Position numbers and translations under genes: made by a program. A stretch of DNA of 14,118 nt. Origin: Candidatus Micrarchaeia archaeon. Lineage in GTDB: Archaea > Micrarchaeota > Micrarchaeia > Anstonellales > Bilamarchaeaceae. The notes beneath the pieces were generated by a model. It saw nothing but the letters and a program-made list of their open reading frames with translations, did no database searches and was not told where the DNA came from. Of the stretch, positions 8,241 through 14,118 are shown piece after piece. The stretch lies in assembly GCA_046538155.1 (NCBI GenBank), contig JBKHJL010000029.1, positions 1 through 14,118 on the forward strand. Direction: 5' to 3'. The number at the start of each line of letters is the position of its first letter. Within the stretch, counting starts at the first letter, position 1.

Positions 8241-8882
8241 ATGTTTGATGAAGAATTGAAAAAACAGCTCAGTGATAAGTTTTCATCTGAACTTAAGGGC
8301 GATGTCAAACTAATCTTGTTTGGCCAGGAAAATGAGGGCACTTTTTGCAGGGAGCTGGAGGAATTCACAAAAGAGATATCTTCCCTCTCAGGTAAGCTTT
8401 CCTATAAGTCCTACCCCATTTCTTCCCCCGAACGAGCAAAGCATGGTGTTGAGCGTGCACCTTCTCTTGTAATATATTCCAAAGAAAACGATGTGAGCGC
8501 AACTTTTTGCGGGGTCCCGGGAAACCATTTTTTTGTTACATTTGTAGAGGACATAGTTGATGCATCCCGGGGTTCTCCCAGGATATCCGGCGACCTGCTG
8601 GACAAGGCAAAGTCTATTAATTTTCCGGTAAAGCTCATGGTTTTTGTTTCCCAGAGTTGCCCATATTGCCCATCCGCAGTAAAGGCCGCCCATGATATTT
8701 CACTTTCTAACCCAAAGGTAAAGGCAGAGATGGTTGATGCCTCGCTTTTCCGGCAGCTCGCCCAGAGATTCATGATCATGGGAGTCCCGAAGACTGTAAT
8801 AAACAACAAGTCCCAGGTTGCAGGAGCAACGCCCCTGAGCGAGCTGATTTCCCAGATACTTTCTGTTAATGATAAACCTTAA
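8241..8882 (+). CDS. Protein disulfide oxidoreductase (PDO / AhpF N-terminal-domain-like, two thioredoxin folds)
   Basis: C-terminal CPYC with cis-Pro motif MGVPKTVIN; GVERAPS in fold 1; N-terminal site reads GTFC. Confidence 0.9.
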   Translation: MFDEELKKQLSDKFSSELKGDVKLILFGQENEGTFCRELEEFTKEISSLSGKLSYKSYPISSPERAKHGVERAPSLVIYSKENDVSATFCGVPGNHFFVTFVEDIVDASRGSPRISGDLLDKAKSINFPVKLMVFVSQSCPYCPSAVKAAHDISLSNPKVKAEMVDASLFRQLAQRFMIMGVPKTVINNKSQVAGATPLSELISQILSVNDKP

Positions 8883-8907
8883 ATTATAGTGGAGGGAAAA
8901 TATATCC

Positions 8908-10326
8908 ATGGATTTTGAAAGCACCGCAGAGATATCCCTTCCAAAGGACCCCCTGGAAAGGGTGATAGGGCAGGAGGAAGCAGTATCTATTTCCAGGATA
9001 GTTGCCAGGCAGAAACGGCATCTCCTTCTTGTAGGTGCCCCCGGAACAGGGAAGAGCATGATTGCCCGTGCCATTGCCAGTATACTTCCCCCACCTTCTC
9101 AGGAAATTTCTGTCCTCCACAATATTGAGAGGCCCGAGAGGCCAATACTTTCAATACGCAATAATGAGCTGCTTGCAAGGGAAAAAAAGGAAAAGCAGAA
9201 GGAGTGGGGCAGGGTTCTTTCGCCTCTGGAAGTCCCGGAATTTGTTTCTGAAAAACTGGGTTTCCGCTGCAAGCGATGCGGGGAAATATCCAGCCCCCGT
9301 GCCCTGTATTGCCAGAGCTGCGGTGCAGACAAACATCCCCACAGGGACAGCCCTTTCGGCGACTTGATGGCCAACAGCGAAACTCCTGAAGCAGGCAGGG
9401 TTCATGCGGTCAGAATGGATGAAGGGGGAGAGGGCGAACCCATAATATACGAGCGAACAGACCAGGATAAGATACGGCAGCTCACTTATTCAGAATTCAA
9501 GCAGAGAAGTGTTTCAAACGCAAAGAAGCTCCGGAAGGTGATAGTTCCCCTGGGCCGCCCATCTTTTGTCCAGGTGGTGGGGAACAATGAAACCGAGCTT
9601 CTGGGCGATGTGCGCCATGACCCGTACGGGAGTCACCCGGAAATAGGAACGCCCCCTTATCTCAGGGTAACTGCAGGGGCAATCCACGAGTCCCACGAGG
9701 GAGTGCTTTATGTTGATGAAATGACTACGCTGGGAGAGGCACAGAGGTATCTCCTTACTGCAATGCAGGAAAAGAAATTCCTGATAACCGGGAGGAACCC
9801 CTCAAGTGCAGGCTCTACAGTAAGGGTGGACAGTGTCCCCTCAGATTTCATATTGGTGGGCTCCATGAACATAAATGATCTTCCCTCCTTGTCACCGGCC
9901 CTTCGCTCAAGAATCCGGGGAAGCGGCTATGAGCTTGTTCTCAATACGTTTATGGAGGACACGGGGCCAAACCGTGAAAAGATGGCCCAGTTTGTTGCCC
10001 AGGAGATAAGCATGGACAGCAGGATACCCCATGCCTCGGCAGAGGCAGTGGAAGCTATAATGGGGGAGTCCAGGCGCCTGTGCAGGGCAACGGAAAACCG
10101 CTCCGGTCTTACCCTTCGCCTCCGGAACCTAAGTGGAATAATAAAGCTTGCAGGCGACCTTTCAGCTATCGAAGAGGCGGGCCTGATTGAAAAAGGCCAC
10201 ATAAAGAAAGCAGTAAAGCAGGCCAAGAGTGCAGAAGAGCAGCTTGAAGATAAATACGATAACATGTGGAGTGCAGGAATGGCAGATTATGGCTCCCGGG
10301 CCAGGCAGGGCCCTGAAACAGCCTGA
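8908..10326 (+). CDS. LonB-like AAA+ ATPase lacking the protease domain and TM segments, with Zn-ribbon insert
   Basis: VIGQEEAV, Walker A GAPGTGKS, LLGDVRHDPY, Walker B YVDE, ALRSRIRG, LTLRLR; CxxC-x10-CxxC at 9268-9321; GGAGG at 8891-8895. Confidence 0.92.
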   Translation: MDFESTAEISLPKDPLERVIGQEEAVSISRIVARQKRHLLLVGAPGTGKSMIARAIASILPPPSQEISVLHNIERPERPILSIRNNELLAREKKEKQKEWGRVLSPLEVPEFVSEKLGFRCKRCGEISSPRALYCQSCGADKHPHRDSPFGDLMANSETPEAGRVHAVRMDEGGEGEPIIYERTDQDKIRQLTYSEFKQRSVSNAKKLRKVIVPLGRPSFVQVVGNNETELLGDVRHDPYGSHPEIGTPPYLRVTAGAIHESHEGVLYVDEMTTLGEAQRYLLTAMQEKKFLITGRNPSSAGSTVRVDSVPSDFILVGSMNINDLPSLSPALRSRIRGSGYELVLNTFMEDTGPNREKMAQFVAQEISMDSRIPHASAEAVEAIMGESRRLCRATENRSGLTLRLRNLSGIIKLAGDLSAIEEAGLIEKGHIKKAVKQAKSAEEQLEDKYDNMWSAGMADYGSRARQGPETA

Positions 10327-10462
10327 TTTTTACAGAAGTGTTAAAATGTTGATTTGAAAGTTGGCGGAGGGAAGGAGAGGGCAATAATTTTGTGTGGGTG
10401 GGAGGTGAGCTGCCCATCTCCTGGTCGCCTCGCGCCTGTTTTATGCCCACAATTCGGGCAAA

Positions 10463-10894
10463 TTAGCGCAAAAGGAAATACATTTTCCTTCCTGCCTGCT
10501 TTTTTTGGAGAAAACCTTCTTTCACTAGCCTGTTCATCCTTGAACTCGCCGCGTTGCTTCCCTTGTACCTTAACTTTTTTTGAACATCCCGCGCGGTTGT
10601 CTTCCCGGTTTTTTTTACAAATTCCAGTATTTGCTGGTCGATTTCCGAAAGGAACGTATTTTGGGGAGGTATCTCAGGTTCCTTACCAGCCTCAAGCCGG
10701 TCCAACCGCGCCAGGACATTCTTTAGTATTCTGTTCGTATTTTCCCTTTCTTCCAGGAGTTTGTATGCAATCGTTGCCAGCACAATCGGGTCCCGGAATT
10801 TTTCCATGTTTTCCCGGAGGTCCTCCTCTATTTCTTTCTGGAGGTAGGGCGAAGGTACGCTTTTAAATTTTTCTTTCGATGTCCTCTTAGGCAT
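10463..10894 (-). CDS. Coiled-coil plus C-terminal winged-helix DNA-binding protein
   Basis: LSEIDQQILEFVKKTGKTTARDVQKKLRYKGSNAASSRMNRLVKEGFLQKKQAGRKMYF fits the wHTH pattern; GAGG RBS at 10906-10903. Confidence 0.85.
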   Translation of the reverse strand: MPKRTSKEKFKSVPSPYLQKEIEEDLRENMEKFRDPIVLATIAYKLLEERENTNRILKNVLARLDRLEAGKEPEIPPQNTFLSEIDQQILEFVKKTGKTTARDVQKKLRYKGSNAASSRMNRLVKEGFLQKKQAGRKMYFLLR

Positions 10895-10942
10895 TTTTGC
10901 TGCCTCAGTTGGTTCTCCTTTGTTGCGCCAAAATCACGCAAC

Positions 10943-10973
10943 TGTCATGACATTATCATGATAGGTTTATAAA
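10943..10973. promoter_or_regulatory. Tandem palindromes TGTCATGACA and TATCATGATA next to a TTTATAAA box (candidate operator/promoter)
   Basis: Perfect 10-bp palindromes at 10943-10952 and 10954-10963; TATA box at 10966-10973; located in a divergent intergenic region. Confidence 0.7.
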
Positions 10974-11081
10974 TCTGATGTTTTCTCCCTCATTTACCGA
11001 GATAAATCGCCTTTTATTTTGTCCTAACTTCCTGCCCCTACCCTACACTATCTTTTTATTATTTGCTTTGGAATTCCGGCT

Positions 11082-11636
11082 ATGCTCGACCTCTTCAAAG
11101 CGTCAAAGCTTGTACTGGATGCTTTCAAGGAGCGTGACCAGCAGAAGATGCGAAAGGCAAATGATACAATCATGACTCTTTCTGCATCCCGGTTTTCCAG
11201 GGAGATGTACAAGCTTGCCGTATATTCTTATGTCCTTTCTAAAGTCCTTTCAAAGCCCCGTTTCATGTCTAAAAAGTACAGGGTCACCCACAAGGAGATA
11301 CAGGCAATACTCAACAGCATGGTTAGGGATGCCAAAAAGGGCGATAAAAGGGCTTTCCGTGTTGCAGTCAAGGGTCTTAGGAATTCTATACAGGCTCTGG
11401 AAAGCCGCGATTCCCGCTACATAAAAGGAATGGTTGAAAAAGGCAGGCTGAAGACTGCGGCCATCCTTTATGCCCAGGGTCTTTCTTTATCCACTGCTTC
11501 AAAGTACACGGGAGTTGAAAAGCAGGAAATCATGGATTACGCCGGAAAAACCCGCATGTTTGACAGAGTGAAGGGAGGCAAGCCTCTTGATGCCCGCCTG
11601 GATTCCGCAAGAGAGATACTTCTTGGTGGTGCCTGA
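11082..11636 (+). CDS. Hypothetical helical protein with C-terminal UPF0175-like HTH
   Basis: LYAQGLSLSTASKYTGVEKQEIMDY resembles the UPF0175/COG2886 pattern; TGATG coupling to the PIN gene. Confidence 0.7.
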   Translation: MLDLFKASKLVLDAFKERDQQKMRKANDTIMTLSASRFSREMYKLAVYSYVLSKVLSKPRFMSKKYRVTHKEIQAILNSMVRDAKKGDKRAFRVAVKGLRNSIQALESRDSRYIKGMVEKGRLKTAAILYAQGLSLSTASKYTGVEKQEIMDYAGKTRMFDRVKGGKPLDARLDSAREILLGGA

Positions 11637-12319
11637 TGAAAGATAATTACATTCTATGCGATGCAAGTTCCCTGATTTCCCTCACTGGCTCCTGCCTTGA
11701 CAGCGTTATTGATTTTTTCCACGATAAGTTCAGGGTAAAGTTTGTAGTGCCCAAGTCAGTTGAATATGAAGCAGTTACTCACCCCCTCTCACTGAAAACA
11801 AAGATTTACTGTTTTTCCGCCCTCCGCATCCAGAACCTCATCAACAAACGTGCAATAGATGTTGTGCCAGAAGGCAAAGACGATAAGACAAAAGAGCTGA
11901 TGAAGCAGGGCAACCATATTTATCATGCAGCAGGCAAGTCGCTCAGGCTGTTACATAAAGGTGAAACAGAGATGCTTGTCCTTTCACGTGAGCTTAATAT
12001 CCCTTATATCCTGATGGATGAGAGAACAACCCGCTTTCTGATTGAAAGTCCAATTACTCTGAAGAAGCACCTTGAGGATGAGTTCAATACCCACGTTATG
12101 GTGAATAAGAAAAGCATGATGTCTTTTTCCGACTGTGTCAAGGGAATAAATGTAATCCGCAGCACTGAGCTTGTTTATACTGCATATGAAAACGGTTTCT
12201 TCTCTAGGTTCGGGGCAAAGGAATCAGAAGCAGCAGAGGCGGCTCTTTACCGCCTGAAGTATGCAGGTTGTGCGGTAAGCTTCGCTGATTTAAAGAAATA
12301 TTCAAAGATGATTAAATGA
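11636..12319 (+). CDS. PIN-domain protein (DUF3368/COG2405-like)
   Basis: ILCDASSLI, VVPKSVEYE, LHKGETE, ILMDER acidic tetrad pattern; GGTGGT RBS at 11625-11630. Confidence 0.82.
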   Translation: MKDNYILCDASSLISLTGSCLDSVIDFFHDKFRVKFVVPKSVEYEAVTHPLSLKTKIYCFSALRIQNLINKRAIDVVPEGKDDKTKELMKQGNHIYHAAGKSLRLLHKGETEMLVLSRELNIPYILMDERTTRFLIESPITLKKHLEDEFNTHVMVNKKSMMSFSDCVKGINVIRSTELVYTAYENGFFSRFGAKESEAAEAALYRLKYAGCAVSFADLKKYSKMIK

Positions 12320-12981
12320 ATTCTGAAGCAGAAGAGGAACGCGCAATTGTGGGCATGGACAACAGAGAATGCGATGAATTACGGGACCTCCTTGTTTCTC
12401 AGGGCGCGGAGGTACAGGTGTCCCCCCTTGTGGTCGGGGATTTTGTGTGTTCTGACCGCACAGTGGCAGAGCGCAAAACCCGTGCAGATTTTGAAAGTTC
12501 GGTCATAGACGGAAGGCTTTTTGACCAGCTTTCCCGCCTTGTGGCTTCGTACCCCCGAGTGCTGCTTATAATAGAAGGAACGGAGTCCCCCGGACTCCTG
12601 AAAAAACATTCACTCCTCGGTGCATATTCTTCTGCAGTAACTGATTACGGAGCAGCGATTTTTTTTACCCGCTCCATGGAGTCATCCGCGGAACTCATCT
12701 ATGCAGTGGCAAAGCACGAGCAGTTGATGGAGAGGCGCCCATTGCGGATAAGCGGAAAACCGAAAGGGCGCACCCTGTCCCGCAACCAGCTTGCAATAGT
12801 TGAGATGCTCCCCCTTGTAGGCCCCAAGATGGCCCGTACTCTGCTTCAGAATTTTTCCACGATTGAAGGACTTGCAAATGCTTCTGAAAATGAGCTCCTC
12901 CAGATTGAGGGGCTCGGGAAGAAGAAGGCCCGGCTTATTCGGCGGGCATTTTCAGTACCATTTGGGCCGGAAGAGGATTGA
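12316..12981 (+). CDS. xpf: Short-form XPF/ERCC4 structure-specific endonuclease with (HhH)2 domain
   Basis: DNRE, GDF...ERKTRADF (GDxnERKx3D), DGRLFDQ, HhH motifs LPLVGPKMA and IEGLGKKKA; ATGA overlap with the PIN gene. Confidence 0.93.
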   Translation: MNSEAEEERAIVGMDNRECDELRDLLVSQGAEVQVSPLVVGDFVCSDRTVAERKTRADFESSVIDGRLFDQLSRLVASYPRVLLIIEGTESPGLLKKHSLLGAYSSAVTDYGAAIFFTRSMESSAELIYAVAKHEQLMERRPLRISGKPKGRTLSRNQLAIVEMLPLVGPKMARTLLQNFSTIEGLANASENELLQIEGLGKKKARLIRRAFSVPFGPEED

Positions 12982-13033
12982 GGAATCCCACTTCCACAGG
13001 CAGTTTTATATTATTTATTTGAGAGTTCGGCTT

Positions 13034-13948
13034 ATGTTCCTCCCTGTCAATGGAAAGTCAATAGGCCTGGACAGGGGAAAATATGACATCCCTTTTCTTT
13101 CCCATGCACACGGAGACCATCTGAACGGCATGAAGCGCAGCGAGGAAATTATTGCAACCAGAGAAACAATTGAGCTTGCCCGGTTGAATGCTGTCTCTGT
13201 TTCACACCCACAGACCAAACTGCTTAATGCAGGCCACATCCTTGGTTCTACCCAGCTCTGGGCAGAGACAGATGGCGGAAGTGTGCTCTACACCGGAGAT
13301 TTCCGCACAAAAGATGGAATTTGCACAAAAGGCGCCACCCCGCGGGAAGCCGACCGCCTGATAATCGAATGCACATACGGAGACCCCGCATTCTCCTTTC
13401 CTTCTCCGGAAGAGGTTTATTCTGATGTTTCCCGATGGGTAAACCAGAACAGGAATTCTATACTGGTTTTTGGCGCATACAACTTGGGAAAAACCCAGGA
13501 GATGATAAAGCTTCTCAACGAGTATTGTGGAATAACCCCTGTAGTCCAGCAGGAATCTGAACATTTTAACCAGGTTTATGAAAAGCACGGAGTAACGCTT
13601 GACCGGGCAGTTGTTGGCACGGAAGAGGCCGAGGAACTAATGCGCGGCCCGTTCGTGGCAATCGCTTCTCCAAGAATTGCAAAGCGCTCTTTTACCTCAA
13701 AGCTTTCTAAGGCATTCAATCTTCCTGTGCGATGTGCGGTTGTTTCAGGCTGGGCCCAGAAGTACCGCATGAATGTTGACAGGGGTTTCCCGCTAAGCGA
13801 CCATTCCGATTTCCAGGATATTCTTTCTTATGTTGACATGGTGAATCCCAAGGAAGTGGTTTTTGTACATGGTGACGGTTCCCACCTTATGCGTGCTCTC
13901 AACAAAAAGAAGGGAACGCTTTTTGCTTCATCCGGAATCAGCCCATAA
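13034..13948 (+). CDS. Metallo-beta-lactamase/beta-CASP family nuclease (compact form)
   Basis: SHAHGDH, AGHILGS, YTGDF, IECTYG, LSDHSDF, VHG motifs; ATG 13034 preferred because the longer ORF overlaps xpf and a TTTTATA box lies at 13004-13010. Confidence 0.92.
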   Translation: MFLPVNGKSIGLDRGKYDIPFLSHAHGDHLNGMKRSEEIIATRETIELARLNAVSVSHPQTKLLNAGHILGSTQLWAETDGGSVLYTGDFRTKDGICTKGATPREADRLIIECTYGDPAFSFPSPEEVYSDVSRWVNQNRNSILVFGAYNLGKTQEMIKLLNEYCGITPVVQQESEHFNQVYEKHGVTLDRAVVGTEEAEELMRGPFVAIASPRIAKRSFTSKLSKAFNLPVRCAVVSGWAQKYRMNVDRGFPLSDHSDFQDILSYVDMVNPKEVVFVHGDGSHLMRALNKKKGTLFASSGISP

Positions 13949-13991
13949 TCCTTTTTTAATCTATCCCTACTCAATATATCCCTTGCCTCAG

Positions 13992-14118
13992 GGCCACGAT
14001 TGGATTGAACTCCGTTCAATGCTCGTGCCCAAGATGGCCACGATTTGACCAAACTTCGTTTGGTGCTCGTGCCCAAGATGGCCACGATTTGACCAAACTT
14101 CGTTTGGTGCTCGTGCCC
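13992..14118. repeat. 44-bp tandem hairpin repeat, at least 2.9 units, running off the window end
   Basis: Units start at 13992, 14036 and 14080; consensus GGCCACGATTTGACCAAACTTCGTTTGGTGCTCGTGCCCAAGAT. Confidence 0.95.

Noticed and set aside
10327..10462. Frameshifted Lon protease domain (pseudogene)
   Set aside because: Gap too short and no GDSAS-type catalytic motif seen downstream
10354..10866. 170-aa plus-strand ORF
   Set aside because: Antisense to the wHTH gene, TTG start, no recognisable motifs
12863..13033. N-terminal extension of the beta-CASP ORF given in the ORF track
   Set aside because: Overlaps xpf by 119 bp and crosses an AT-rich promoter-like tract; the MBL fold fits a start at ATG 13034
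13828..14085. 85-aa minus-strand ORF across the terminal repeat
   Set aside because: The 44-bp period is not a multiple of 3, and the ORF overlaps the beta-CASP gene antisense
13992..14118. CRISPR array
   Set aside because: The variable part is only about 15 bp, self-complementary and identical in units 2 and 3; there are no unique spacers and no cas genes in the window

Overview
Archaeal chromosomal segment. Gene content and sequence style suggest a DPANN lineage, possibly Micrarchaeota-like (inference). The window opens with the conserved rpl30e-nusA-rps12-rps7-aEF-2 cluster, which ends at a hairpin/T-tract without EF-1alpha. On the minus strand follow serS and a coupled COG2521-type methyltransferase. 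Next come tRNA-Glu(CTC), a small Cys-rich secreted protein, an MFS permease and a protein-disulfide oxidoreductase. A LonB-type AAA+ ATPase follows, with no protease domain and a Zn-ribbon in place of the membrane anchor. A winged-helix regulator with a LexA-like recognition helix is divergent from a UPF0175-like/PIN/XPF operon and a beta-CASP nuclease. The window ends inside a 44-bp tandem hairpin repeat with compensatory base changes. Most notable signals: the covarying hairpin array; a candidate DNA-damage regulatory module with tandem operator palindromes; substitutions at near-universal decoding residues of uS12; a duplicated 16-bp palindrome; and a possible -1 frameshift site in the regulator.
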